Assembly (NCBI GenBank): GCA_964019335.1
Contig: OZ025707.1
Location: 1-64,000, forward strand
Direction of reading: 5' to 3'
Length of the DNA stretch: 64,000 nucleotides
Source: Diplonema japonicum
Taxonomy: Eukaryota > Protista > Euglenozoa: Diplonemea
Shown: one piece after another, positions 12,112-23,922 of the stretch
How the letters are laid out: every line of letters begins with the position of its first letter
How positions within the stretch are numbered: position 1 is the first letter of the stretch
Program-made: the position numbers and the translations under genes
Notes under the pieces: generated by a model
Database searches by the model: none
What the model was told of the DNA's origin: nothing
What the model saw: only the letters and a program-made list of their open reading frames with translations

Positions 12112-13136
12112 ATGGCGAGCAGTCAGATGAACCAGACCAGATACGTGCTGGAGCAGAAGTTGGGAGAGGGGACATATGGTGAAGTGTACAAGGTATGTGT
12201 ATAAAAGCTTAAGCTATATATCCACAGGGCTACGACCCCATCACCAAACTAGCAGTCGCCATCAAGAAAATCAGAGGAGACACCAATGCAGAGGGCATCG
12301 CCAGCACAGAGCTGAGGGAAATCTCGATCCTCAAGAACCTGCACCACCCTAACGTGGTCCGCCTGTTGGACGTCGTCACCTTCACCCACAAGATGCACCT
12401 TGTCTTCGAGTGCTGCGACAGCGATCTTCGTCAGGTGATCAAGAAGCAGGTCTTCAAGGGCCACAAGTTGAAGTCCTACATGCACCAGCTGCTGAAGGGA
12501 CTTGCCTTCTGCCACTCGCACCGCATCATCCACCGTGACTTGAAGCCGCAGAACCTCCTCATCGTGAACGACACTTTGAAGATCGCTGACTTCGGTCTTG
12601 CACGTGCATTCCAGGTGTGTAGATGAATTCAGGATGAAAAAGAAAAAAAAAAACCCCACTCACCCCACAGATCCCGCTTCCTGCCTACACCCACGAAGTG
12701 GTGACCCTGTGGTACAGGGCTCCTGAGATCCTTCTCGGGGAGAAGAGGTACTCCACCGTTGTGGACAGTTGGAGCTGTGGGGCCATCATGTCTGAGATGG
12801 CGAACAGGACCCCCCTGTTCCCTGGTGACTGTGAGATCGACGAGCTCTTCCAGATCTTCAGGCTTCTCGGGACACCTGACGAGAAGACGTGGCCTGGTGT
12901 GACCAGCCTCCCTGACTACAAGCCTGTGTTCCCGAAGTGGAACGGGAAGGGTCTGTCATCTGTCTGCAAAGATGTGGACTCCCTGGGCATCGACCTCATG
13001 GAGAAGATGCTGGCCTACAACCCCAACGAGAGGATTGGGGCCGCCGAGGCAGCTGAGGTATGATCGACATTAATAACGCACCCCCACCTCACAGCACCCA
13101 TGGTTCAACTCGCTGAACACCCTCCCTATGCCATAG
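12112..13136 (+). CDS. Cyclin-dependent kinase, divergent paralog (ASTELRE helix); exons 12112-12192, 12228-12614, 12671-13057, 13095-13136
   Basis: [44 protein letters not shown] and HPWF are restored after removing three GT-AG introns. Confidence 0.92.
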
Positions 13137-13554
13137 AGGCCACCTTGTCCCTGTTTTCTACCTCCCTTGTTGTACTTTCTGTATTTTGAATCCTTTGCTT
13201 CACAGCGCAACAGAGGAAGGGATTCTAGTTCAGAATAAGAAGTGCGTGAGCTGGCTTAGGACGCCAGTTCCTACTTATTAGAAACCTTTCCACATGTCTT
13301 TGGCTGCTGGTTGAGGACATGATCCCTTGAACCTTCAGCACGAGATCACCTATCTTTTTCCCTTTAGATCACCCACCCTTCCCCACTACCTCCCACCTAC
13401 AGGTTACTTGTGGCACAGAGGCGGCGTATAATCAGCACTTAGTAGAAAATGCGTGACCTGTGTGTAACCTTTTAACCTAATTGGCATAGAGCTATATAAA
13501 TGAAAAAAAAAGAAAAAAAATATCGAAGGTGTCAGTTAGCTACAGAACAAGGGT

Positions 13555-13596
<42 letters not shown>

Positions 13597-13802
13597 AAAC
13601 GCAAAAGAGAAAAAGAAACGAAAAGCAACAGAACACCAGTTGGTGTCCTTGTTAATCCTATTTCTTTTTATTTCTTCTTCCTTTCCCCCCTCCCTTTTTT
13701 TTTTCTTCCCGACCTTGTGTCAGCCTTCTTTTGTTATTTGTTTTCTTTTGTGTTATTCCAGAACTTCGCTGTATTGCATCCGGTGTACAACTAGAAGGAT
13801 GG

Positions 13803-13857
13803 TAGGAATACCAAAATTTCAGGTGCAGTGCCATGCGCTTGCTTGTATTCGAGATGC
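13803..13857 (+). ncRNA. Candidate single-hairpin AGA-box (H/ACA-like) guide RNA
   Basis: Basal stem gaatac/gtattc, internal loop, upper stem caggtgca/tgcgcttg, then AGA; lies just upstream of the C/D candidates. Confidence 0.3.
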
Positions 13858-13940
13858 TGAGTAGAACACTGAGGATGCCTCTGGGGGGAGAGATGCTGAG
13901 TAAAGGGTTAATTTCCATTTTACCAGTCTTCACACTTCTC

Positions 13941-14038
13941 ATGGATGATGATAGATGCTTTCACAACAGGTTCATCCCGTTCTGAGCCTTGCTTGCTTAG
14001 ATGAGACACAGGGCTTTATTCATTTTCACTCCTGACAC
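13941..14038 (+). ncRNA. C/D box snoRNA candidate A, copy 1
   Basis: C box ATGATGA 13945-13951, D' CTGA ~13982, D CTGA 14032-14035. The D' guide ggttcatcccg is complementary to the conserved LSU rRNA sequence CGGGAUGAACC. Three copies in the window. Confidence 0.75.
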
Positions 14039-14070
14039 ACTTCGTTTCTTTTTGAGGTTCCTATTTTGCT

Positions 14071-14188
14071 CTGCATGATGATCACGAAACCAGAATAAGA
14101 GTAGTGGTGCATAGTGCGTGTCCCTCTTCTTGAGGGATGCACACAAAGACGCATAAACGGTTTTCCTCCTAAAACTAAAACACTGATT
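14071..14188 (+). ncRNA. C/D box snoRNA candidate B, copy 1
   Basis: ATGATGA 14075-14081, terminal CTGA 14183-14186, internal hairpin gtgtccctc/gagggatgc; agtagtggt is complementary to LSU ACCACUAC. Three copies in the window. Confidence 0.55.
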
Positions 14189-14277
14189 CTAATCTCCCAC
14201 CTCCCTCCTCCCGCTGTTAGTCGTGTTACCCATATTATCAAACCTACAGGGCTTATTTTCCCCTCCGCACCATTAAA

Positions 14278-15390
14278 ATGAGCACCAGAACCGAGAGATA
14301 CACGATGACCTCGAAGCTCGGGGAGGGGACCTACGGCGTGGTCTACAAGGTATGGTGCTTGTTGTGAGGTGTATCTGCAAACCACCACCACAGGGAAAGG
14401 ACCTCGAGAAGGGGACGACCGTTGCCTTGAAGAAGATCCGTCTCGAGATGCACGAGGAGGGGATGCCCAGCACCGCGCTGAGGGAGATTTCTGTTCTGAA
14501 GACGCTGCACCACGAGAACATCGTGAACCTGTTGGACGTTGTGAGCTCCAGCTCCAGGCTCTTGTTGGTGTTCGAGTTCTGCGACTATGACTTGAAGCAG
14601 ATGATGAACGCGAACAAGTCGGCAGTCAAGGTGTGTTGGAGGGGAGAGAAAAAAAAAAAAAAAGAAAAGGAAAATCCAACATTTCATTTTACACAGGGGC
14701 GCAAGCTGAAGTCTTTCATGTACCAGCTGCTGAAGGGACTTGCCTTCTGCCACTCGCACCGCATCATCCACCGTGACTTGAAGCCGCAGAACCTCCTCAT
14801 CGTGGGTGACACTTTGAAGATCGCTGACTTCGGTCTTGCACGTGCATTCCAGGTGTGTAGGAAACAAGGGAAAAAAAAAAAAAAAAAAAGAAAAAAAACC
14901 CACTCACCCCACAGATCCCGCTTCCTGCCTACACCCACGAAGTGGTGACCCTGTGGTACAGGGCTCCTGAGATCCTTCTCGGGGAGAAGAGGTACTCCAC
15001 CGTTGTGGACAGTTGGAGCTGTGGGGCCATCATGTCTGAGATGGCGAACAGGACCCCCCTGTTCCCTGGTGACTGTGAGATCGACGAGCTCTTCCAGATC
15101 TTCAGGCTTCTCGGGACACCTGACGAGAAGACGTGGCCTGGTGTGACCAGCCTCCCTGACTACAAGCCTGTGTTCCCGAAGTGGAACGGGAAGTCCCTCT
15201 CGTCCATCTGCAGAGACGTGGACTCTCTGGGCATCGACCTCATGGAGAAGATGCTGGCCTACAACCCCAACGAGAGGATCAACGCAGCCAAGGCTGTCAA
15301 GGTATGCTGGGTGGGAAGGGAATAACATGATTTATGAACAAAACACAGCACCCATGGTTCAAAGACCTGCACACCGCAAGCATGCCGTGA
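14278..15390 (+). CDS. Cyclin-dependent kinase (CDK1/CDK2-like, PSTALRE); exons 14278-14349, 14394-14630, 14697-14852, 14915-15301, 15349-15390
   Basis: [29 protein letters not shown] and APE motifs; four GT-AG introns restore the frame. Confidence 0.93.
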
Positions 15391-15634
15391 GCCCTCAGGC
15401 ACTGCCATATATGTTGTTAATTAGATTTAGAAAATTAGACCCTCTGCTACATTTATCTTTATTTCTTTACCCGATTCCCTCCCCCTGTTTCCAATTTGCA
15501 TTTTTCTATTCTTGTTTACCCTGCCCGTTCCGGAGCATTACTAGCCAGCATGCTGTGGGCTCTTCGTGGTTCATCCCCTGCTATTGTTCATTCCCCTGCT
15601 GCATGGATGCTTTGCTTTACAAAACTGCCCCCTC

Positions 15635-15732
15635 ATAGATGATGACAGATGCTTTCACAACAGGTTCATCCCGTTCTGAGCCTTGCTTGCTTAGATGAGA
15701 CACAGGGCTTTATTCATTTTCACTCCTGACAC
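15635..15732 (+). ncRNA. C/D box snoRNA candidate A, copy 2
   Basis: Near-identical to 13941-14038; ATGATGA 15639, CTGA 15726. Confidence 0.7.
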
Positions 15733-15764
15733 ACTTCCTTTCTTTTTGAGGTTCCTATTTTGCT

Positions 15765-15882
15765 CTGCATGATGATCACGAAACCAGAATAAGAGTAGTG
15801 GTGCATAGTGCGTGTCCCTCTTCTTGAGGGATGCACACAAAGACGCATAAACGGTTTTCCTCCTAAAACTAAAACACTGACA
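15765..15882 (+). ncRNA. C/D box snoRNA candidate B, copy 2
   Basis: Identical to copy 1; similarity stops immediately after the terminal CTGA (15880). Confidence 0.55.
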
Positions 15883-16353
15883 CCCTTTGTGCAATTTCCC
15901 CCTTTAAAGCCAAATGATGCAGATATAAAAACTCAAGTATTTCATTTATTCGATTCTGTTGATGAGATCAAGCTTTTTAACCTCACAAGGACTGAATTTC
16001 TTGTATCTTTCTTTCTTGGGCCCCATAGAGACTACAGAAAACCCCTGCTGGAGTTGCACAGCGTGCCCAAGAAACCGAGAAGTGTCTACGCCTTTGCATT
16101 TGCTTAAAGCCGAATTCTGGCCTTAATACATTTCTTCCTAACAGTGTGCGATATTCCCTCTATGGTCAGGGGTAGCGGCTTTCCCGTCCATTGTCCTTAC
16201 ACTTAGGGCATTGTTATCGTAGGTAGACTTTAGCCACCCCTCGGCAAAGAAATGGACCTCAAAGCAGAGACTTAATCCCCTTCACCAAGGGGGTTTTTTT
16301 TTTGATGGATGAGGCCCCGTCACGCACGAGCACAGTGCTCCCCTTGCCCCCTC

Positions 16354-16451
16354 ATGGATGATGACAAATGCTTTCACAACAGGTTCATCCCGTTCTGAGC
16401 CTTGCTTGCTTAGATGAGACACAGGGCTTTATTCATTTTCACTCCTGACAC
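16354..16451 (+). ncRNA. C/D box snoRNA candidate A, copy 3
   Basis: ATGATGA 16358, CTGA 16445; similarity is confined to the box-to-box interval plus a few bases. Confidence 0.7.
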
Positions 16452-16469
16452 ACTTCTTTTTTGTTTTAA

Positions 16470-18072
16470 CCCATAACACTCCGGGGCCTATCTACATAGG
16501 GGTCCCTTTTTTGCTCCTTTTCATAATCTGAGGGGAAAAATGGCAGCATTCAACCCCCGTTTGCAGGTAAAACGGGTTTTTTGGACCAGGAAAATTAAAA
16601 AAAAAGTTCAAAAATTAATAAAAATACAAAGGGGATGAAGAGTTGAATGGCCGTAGGGTGCTCAAAAACGACCATGTCAAAATGGGTTGTGCACGGGGGG
16701 GTGTAAATTGAGCATCTTGGGACAAAAAAGGCAGCATCAGGACCCCTCAGATGTCTCAGACCGAGAGAAGTGCCTATTTGCGGGTGGAATATCGGCCTCG
16801 AAATCGTCAAGAGGCCTTTTTGGGGCGATGGAAGAGTGGTACGAAAAAAGCACTTATTTGGACAGAGGTGTTGGTTTCAGGTGTAGCATTTGTAGATTGT
16901 GCGTTTTGTGCATTCTTTCAACCTGCAGACCCTGGAGGTGCCCCCTTTGAGTGGCTAGCAGTCACGTTTGGTGTAATCTGGGGTATCGGGTGTGTGCACC
17001 ACTGTTGGGTCGGGAGTGGTGTTTTTGCAACGTTGGACCCATCAATTAGGCTCTCTCGAAAGCGCTCTTTAAAGCAGCCAGGGTTGTGTATCTCTTTGGC
17101 ATCCCTGAACCATATTTTATTTGAAGTGCATGGCAGTTAACTATTGTCACTTCTAGGGCCCACCAGAAGAGTCCGCAACACCCAACGAAATGCAAGCCCC
17201 TCACAGCAGGGCTTCGGCCAGACCCACAGTCGAAAAGTAGCTATTGCAAACTACCGTGTTGTCATTTCCCCGCAAAGGCTCTGTTAACCCCAGCCCCGCT
17301 TTTTCCACAACACTGAAATCTTCAAGTGCGTGCCCCTCGATTTTGGTGGCGTGGATGTGAAACGCAAAAGATAACCCGTGCTCGCGCAGTTTAGGCAGTA
17401 GATTTTTATGCCATATCTTTTACGCTTGAAAGGACAGTAGACCCGCAGCCCCAATTGCCCCGTGAAGGTACGAGTGTCTCGTCAATGCTTAAATATTTTC
17501 CTGGCACTGCTGCTTTTGCCCACTTGTCACCAATTCTGTCCAGAAACCCCCGTATCTTCACAACACATCACCGTTTGACTCTTCTGTGTGAGTGAAGTGG
17601 AGGTTACTTTTGATTTCCCAGTAGCGTCTCCTGGGCATCGTGTTACTGAAAAGGGGGATTTTCATGGGTCCTGTGGACCAATACGACTGCTGATTCTGGG
17701 CACGCCGTAAACCCATCGCAATGCTCAATCCGAGTAAGCGGTGGAGTCTTGGGTCGAAATTTTATCAATCTCAGCGTCCTTTTGCCTGTTTGTCTCTTCT
17801 TGGATGACGTCTGTTAACTTCTTATAAAAAAACCGAAGGAATAACCATTTTGCGTCGTCAGGTTGCGTTTTTAGCCTATCTACTCGGATTTGGGACCCAC
17901 TTGGTGGGTGGATAACAAGGTAAAGTGATGCAGCGCAGCATTAATTGCAGTTGAAAATAACTCCTCACTATAGTCGTTCTTGGAGATTCAGGGGTCGTGG
18001 GGACGAAAAAGTACTTAGAGAAAAAAACGATTTTTCAAAACGACAAATATTTGCGCCTTGGAGTGTTATGGG
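16470..18072 (-). mobile_element. Non-autonomous piggyBac element with decayed transposase
   Basis: TTAA|CCCATAACACTCC ... GGAGTGTTATGGG|TTAA. The minus strand encodes LLGLSIAMGLRRAQNQQSYWSTG (N-terminal motif) and CTKRTIYKCYT*NQHLCPNKCF (Cys-rich tail). Confidence 0.9.
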
Positions 18073-18151
18073 TTAATGGCAGCGTAATGAGCTATTTTAT
18101 TAGGTAAAATTCCGCTCGTGCGCACAAACAAAAGGGAGTTCCTATTTTGCT

Positions 18152-18269
18152 CTGCATGATGATCACGAAACCAGAATAAGAGTAGTGGTGCATAGTGCGT
18201 GTCCCTCTTCTTGAGGGATGCACACAAAGACGCATAAACGGTTTTCCTCCTAAAACTAAAACACTGATT
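18152..18269 (+). ncRNA. C/D box snoRNA candidate B, copy 3
   Basis: Identical to copy 1, within the duplicated CDK block. Confidence 0.55.
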
Positions 18270-18358
18270 CTAATCTCCCACCTCCCTCCTCCCGCTGTTA
18301 GTCGTGTTACCCATATTATCAAACCTACAGGGCTTATTTTCCCCTCCGCACCATTAAA

Positions 18359-19471
18359 ATGAGCACCAGAACCGAGAGATACACGATGACCTCGAAGCTC
18401 GGGGAGGGGACCTACGGCGTGGTCTACAAGGTATGGTGCTTGTTGTGAGGTGTATCTGCAAACCACCACCACAGGGAAAGGACCTCGAGAAGGGGACGAC
18501 CGTTGCCTTGAAGAAGATCCGTCTCGAGATGCACGAGGAGGGGATGCCCAGCACCGCGCTGAGGGAGATTTCTGTTCTGAAGACGCTGCACCACGAGAAC
18601 ATCGTGAACCTGTTGGACGTTGTGAGCTCCAGCTCCAGGCTCTTGTTGGTGTTCGAGTTCTGCGACTATGACTTGAAGCAGATGATGAACGCGAACAAGT
18701 CGGCAGTCAAGGTGTGTTGGAGGGGAGAGAAAAAAAAAAAAAAAGAAAAGGAAAATCCAACATTTCATTTTACACAGGGGCGCAAGCTGAAGTCTTTCAT
18801 GTACCAGCTGCTGAAGGGACTTGCCTTCTGCCACTCGCACCGCATCATCCACCGTGACTTGAAGCCGCAGAACCTCCTCATCGTGGGTGACACTTTGAAG
18901 ATCGCTGACTTCGGTCTTGCACGTGCATTCCAGGTGTGTAGGAAACAAGGGAAAAAAAAAAAAAAAAAAAGAAAAAAAACCCACTCACCCCACAGATCCC
19001 GCTTCCTGCCTACACCCACGAAGTGGTGACCCTGTGGTACAGGGCTCCTGAGATCCTTCTCGGGGAGAAGAGGTACTCCACCGTTGTGGACAGTTGGAGC
19101 TGTGGGGCCATCATGTCTGAGATGGCGAACAGGACCCCCCTGTTCCCTGGTGACTGTGAGATCGACGAGCTCTTCCAGATCTTCAGGCTTCTCGGGACAC
19201 CTGACGAGAAGACGTGGCCTGGTGTGACCAGCCTCCCTGACTACAAGCCTGTGTTCCCGAAGTGGAACGGGAAGTCCCTCTCGTCCATCTGCAGAGACGT
19301 GGACTCTCTGGGCATCGACCTCATGGAGAAGATGCTGGCCTACAACCCCAACGAGAGGATCAACGCAGCCAAGGCTGTCAAGGTATGCTGGGTGGGAAGG
19401 GAATAACATGATTTATGAACAAAACACAGCACCCATGGTTCAAAGACCTGCACACCGCAAGCATGCCGTGA
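18359..19471 (+). CDS. Cyclin-dependent kinase, apparently identical duplicate of 14278-15390 (offset 4081)
   Basis: Same ORF translations and same intron sequences. Confidence 0.92.
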
Positions 19472-19705
19472 GGTACAGGACATCTCGCCCTTAAATCCAC
19501 ATTAGAACACGAAGATGGTGCCAGTTGTTAATATTTTATTTAAATCTCTTTTTATTTATTTTTTACTTTATTGTCCCCCTCGCTAGAAGACTCTCTTTGT
19601 TCAACTACCACCGACGGCAGTTTTGCTGCGAATGTTGTTGCAGCTTTTTAGATATTTATATTATTACCGCAATGCTCACTAATTACACTTTCTCGAACAG
19701 GTGAA

Positions 19706-20840
19706 ATGAAGTTTCTTCTTGGACTGTGCATTGCAGGGCTCTGCAGTGCATGGGGGAGCGACAACAGCGATAAGGTACTTTTGAAAGATGTGCACACTTT
19801 AGTGCTCTACAATCGCCAGATGACCACAGGGAGGCGATCCTCACCTGTCGAGCAATTGAAGTGCATAGGCAGCGAGTGTCACTCAGTGGACGTGGACTAC
19901 ATGCAATGCGACAACATGGGGTACGCAGGGAGAAAGGACATCCAGTGGAAGTGTGCTGCCTACCCGGAAATGGATAAGCAATACACGTTGGCCTCTGTCA
20001 AAGTTGGGTGTGAGGGCTACCGTGACAAGAACGACCCTTATGTTCTGGAGGGGTCCTGCGGTGTGACATACTCCATCAAGAGAACGATGGCAGGCAACAA
20101 CCGCCCGCAGGGCTATTCCAACCAGGGCCACTCCAACCAGGGTCAGGGGGGCAGCTACTACGACTCAGGCCGCCAGCAAAGTTACCAGCAGTACTCCTCG
20201 TCGTCCTACAACCCTTATTCCGGGCAACCAAGCGGCTCGTCCACGGGCAGATGGGTCCTTTTCTTTATCATCGCTGCTGCTCTGGGCTATTTCATGTTCT
20301 TTAGAAACAACAACAACAACAACAACAACGGCGGTGGTGGAAGGGCTACAGGTACGGGATATGGTGGAGGTGGCTACGGTGGTGGAGGTGGTGGCGGTGG
20401 CCGCCCTGGCGGTGGTGGCGGCGGCGGCGGAGGTACTTCGACCAGTGGTTACGGAGGGTCTTACACTCAAACACAGAACCCCCCGCGGCCGCCTCAGCCC
20501 CCTCAGCAGCACGGCATGTTTGGGGGATGGGGCAACTTCCTGGGAGGCGCCGCACTCGGGTATATGATGGGCGGCACTGGGCAGAACTATGGGCAGAACT
20601 ATGGGTATCATATTCACACAAGTTACACACAGCAACAGGTACGGGGCAGCCCACCACGGCTATGGCGCGGGATACGGTGGAGGGATGGGTGGTGGGAACT
20701 ACGGATACGGTGGTGGCGGGTATGGTGGTGGTGGTGGCGGTGGTGGGAACAGTGGCGGTGGCACGCACACTGCAACAGGTATGCACGACAAGCACAGCAT
20801 GTCATTATATGCAGGTTTCGGCGGAACCGACAATCGCTGA
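19706..20840 (+). CDS. SARAF: Store-operated calcium entry-associated regulatory factor (SARAF/TMEM66 family); exons 19706-20604, 20639-20778, 20815-20840
   Basis: Signal peptide, KVLLKDVHTL...TTGRRSSPVEQLKC, QWKC, CEGY...DPYVLEGSCG, one TM helix, Gly-rich tail ending TATGFGGTDNR after splicing. Confidence 0.88.
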
Positions 20841-21083
20841 AAGCTGAGAACACGCGTGGTTCCCCTGGCACCTAACCCTGATCTGCTTTCCAACAGGCAG
20901 GATCCTATGTAGAAACCCCCCTCTCCCCTCTTTTTTTGAGAATAAAGGGTTATATAAAGTGACCTTCTTCACGTGACCATTCGACTAACCCCTTTTTTAT
21001 TTTGACGGCAGAGTGATTTTGGTGAGATCCCCGTTTCCTTTTTTTCTTTTTAAACCCACACGACAGGCGGGCAACAACAAACC

Positions 21084-22799
21084 ATGGCAAGGCCCCAGAA
21101 CCCTTCGTCTTCGCTGTATGTGGGCGACCTCGACACCGATGTGAGCGAGGCCATTCTGTTCGATGTTTTCAGAGATGTGGGCCCCGTGCTGTCCATCAGG
21201 GTGTGCAGGGATGCGACCACCAAGAAGTCTCTCGGCTACGCTTACGTGAACTTCCAAAACCCCCTCGATGCAGAGAGGGCCATCATGACGATGAACCACA
21301 CCAAGATCAAGGACAGGATGTGCAGAATCATGTGGTGCAGGAGGGACCCCAGCTTGAGGAAGAGTGGAAACGGAAACATCTTTATCAAGAACCTCGCAGG
21401 CGACATCGACAACAAGGCACTGCATGACACCTTCCAAGCGTTCGGCCCTATTCTCAGCTGCAAGGTTGTGACCGACCCAGAGGAGGGAAGCAAGGGTTAC
21501 GGGTTCGTTCACTTCGAGAAGGACGACTCTGCGGACAAGGCTGTCGAGAAGGTGAACGGCATGCTCCTGAACGGCCAGCAGGTGTACGTCGGCAAGTTCG
21601 AAAGAAAGGACAAGAAACTTCAGAACCTGACAGAGACTTTCACCAACTGCTACGTGAAACACTTCGACCCCAACATTGACGAGTCGAAGCTGAAGGAGTA
21701 CTTCAGCCAGTACGGGGAGATCCAATCCCTCTCGATCCAGGTCAACAACGACGGCGAGACAAGAGGTGTTGCGTACGTCAACTTCTCGCATCACGAGGAA
21801 GCCGAGAAGGCCGTTGAGGAGGCGAACGACACGGACCCCGAGGGGATTGTACAGGAGGGCAAGAAGCTTGTCGTCTCGAGGCATCAGAAGAAGACAGAGA
21901 GGGACCACAACAAGAAACAGCACATCAAAGAAAAGCAGCAGGCGTTCCTGAAGTACACGAACCTGTACGTGAAGAACCTTGACGACACGGTTACAGGCGA
22001 CACCTTGAAGGACGCCTTCTGCGAGTTCGGTAAGGTCATGTCGTGCAGGGTGATGTCGCACTCCGACACCAGCGTGTCGAAGGGCTTCGGGTTTGTGTCC
22101 TTCCAGGACGCTGATGCCGCAAAGACTGCGATGAACCAAATGAACGGCAGGATGCTGTCAGGGAAGCCTCTCTACGTCACGCTTGCGCAGAAGAAGGACG
22201 CGAGGAAGGCACAGCTCGAAACACTTTACAGGAACGGGAGGGGCATGGGCATGATGGGCGGTGGCAACCCCCCCGGCATGATGGGGATGGGCCAACAAAT
22301 GTCACCCTTCCCCATGGGGTTCACAGGAGGGGTTCCCGGGTTTGGCGCGCCACCCAGGGCACCCTTTGCTGGTGGGTACAACGGAATGGGACAGCCCATG
22401 CCGAAGGGGATGAGGGGGGTACCGCCTGGTCCTAGGCCTTCTTTCCCCCCGAACATGATGGGTGCAGGCCGGCCCCCAATGGGGGCAAGGCCAATGCCAA
22501 TGCCAATGCAAAGGCCGCCTATGGGGATGGGGATGGGGATGCCCCCCGCACCGCAGCAGTCTTCCGCAGACGTCGACCCCGCCACGCTTGCAACAATGAA
22601 CGAGGAAGGACAGAAGAATCTTCTTGGGGAGAAGCTTTTCGCCAAGATTCAGGCGTCTGAGCCGACACATGCTGCTAAGATTACAGGCATGCTGCTTGAG
22701 ATGGACAACGCGGAGATTCTCAATTTGTTGGACTCCCCTGGCCTTCTCCACCAGAAGGTTGCCGAGGCCATGGCGGTGTTGCGCAACCACGGTAACTAG
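21084..22799 (+). CDS. PABP: Cytoplasmic poly(A)-binding protein
   Basis: Four RRMs (SLYVGDL, SLGYAYVNF, SKGYGFVHF, SKGFGFVSF) and a C-terminal MLLE domain (KITGMLLE); intronless. Confidence 0.97.
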   Translation: MARPQNPSSSLYVGDLDTDVSEAILFDVFRDVGPVLSIRVCRDATTKKSLGYAYVNFQNPLDAERAIMTMNHTKIKDRMCRIMWCRRDPSLRKSGNGNIFIKNLAGDIDNKALHDTFQAFGPILSCKVVTDPEEGSKGYGFVHFEKDDSADKAVEKVNGMLLNGQQVYVGKFERKDKKLQNLTETFTNCYVKHFDPNIDESKLKEYFSQYGEIQSLSIQVNNDGETRGVAYVNFSHHEEAEKAVEEANDTDPEGIVQEGKKLVVSRHQKKTERDHNKKQHIKEKQQAFLKYTNLYVKNLDDTVTGDTLKDAFCEFGKVMSCRVMSHSDTSVSKGFGFVSFQDADAAKTAMNQMNGRMLSGKPLYVTLAQKKDARKAQLETLYRNGRGMGMMGGGNPPGMMGMGQQMSPFPMGFTGGVPGFGAPPRAPFAGGYNGMGQPMPKGMRGVPPGPRPSFPPNMMGAGRPPMGARPMPMPMQRPPMGMGMGMPPAPQQSSADVDPATLATMNEEGQKNLLGEKLFAKIQASEPTHAAKITGMLLEMDNAEILNLLDSPGLLHQKVAEAMAVLRNHGN

Positions 22800-23583
22800 A
22801 ACTTTGAAGAAAAAAAAAAAAAAAAAAAAAAGAGAAACAAAAACGGTATTTTTAAATACGACGACAGTGATGAGTAGGGGGGGGTTTTTTTTTCTTTTGG
22901 TCCCTTCTGTTTTCTTTCCTTTTTTTTTATTGCTACACCATTTGTTTTTATTTTATTTTTTTTTTCTTTAAAAGCTTTTCTTCCCCACCCACGCCCCATC
23001 TGTGCATCGCACTCTTCTCCCCCTTTTAATTTTTTATCTGCTTTATGAGTACCCCCCCCGCCTGTCCCGTTTGTCCCCATGCATTTCTTTTTTTTTTTAA
23101 ACTCATCACGGCCCTGAGGTGACCGGGAGCAAAAAAAAATTCTTTTTTTCCAAAGAAGGAGGGGGGGGGGGGGGGGAAGAAGTTCGGATATGTTTTAAGA
23201 TGCTCCTCAAAATGTTGTTTTACTTCTCTTTGTGCCACCCCCCTTTTATTTTCTTTCCTTCTTTTCTTTTTTTTTTTCTTATTCCCTTTCTCTCTTTAGA
23301 AAACACCATTGGGGTGGTGATTTCTTGCAGGTTTTTTTTATCTTAGCTCGGAAAAAAAAAAAGCTCGCTGTTCTGAGGGTGTTGCAGAACGTGGGCAAAT
23401 AAAAAAAATTAAAAAAAAAGAGGATTCTTGCCCCACTGCGAAAAGTTTCTTCTCCAAAAAAAAAAAAAAAAAAAAAAAAGAAAACTATCCCAACTCCCTC
23501 TCTTGGCCGCCTTGGGATAAGGAAAAAAAAAAAAAGAAAAAAAAAACTAAAGGAGGAAACTATTCGTTTTTTTTAAAAAAAAA

Positions 23584-23584
<1 letters not shown>

Positions 23585-23644
<60 letters not shown>
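23585..23644. repeat. (CA)n microsatellite
   Basis: About 30 uninterrupted CA units. Confidence 0.95.
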
Positions 23645-23645
<1 letters not shown>

Positions 23646-23876
23646 ACTCCCTCCCTTCATCCCTCTCTATGATTTCTTTCCATTTCCCTTTTTTCCCATC
23701 AAAAAATTAAAAAAAAGACCTCACACCCCCTCAATTTCGAACTTGCCTCGTGGCCCCTGATCCTTCCCTTCTCCCCCCCCTTTTTTCTCACGCTTTGCTT
23801 TGTCAGCGTTACATAGCTTTGGGCTTCCTTTTGTTTTTAAAAGAAAGGGGAAAAGAAAGCACCAAGGGTGGTGAGA

Positions 23877-23922
<46 letters not shown>

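Noticed and set aside
20997-22790. Long minus-strand ORFs opposite PABP (also opposite subtilisin, the ankyrin genes and the phosphatase)
   Set aside because: Antisense shadows of GC3-rich or repetitive sense genes.
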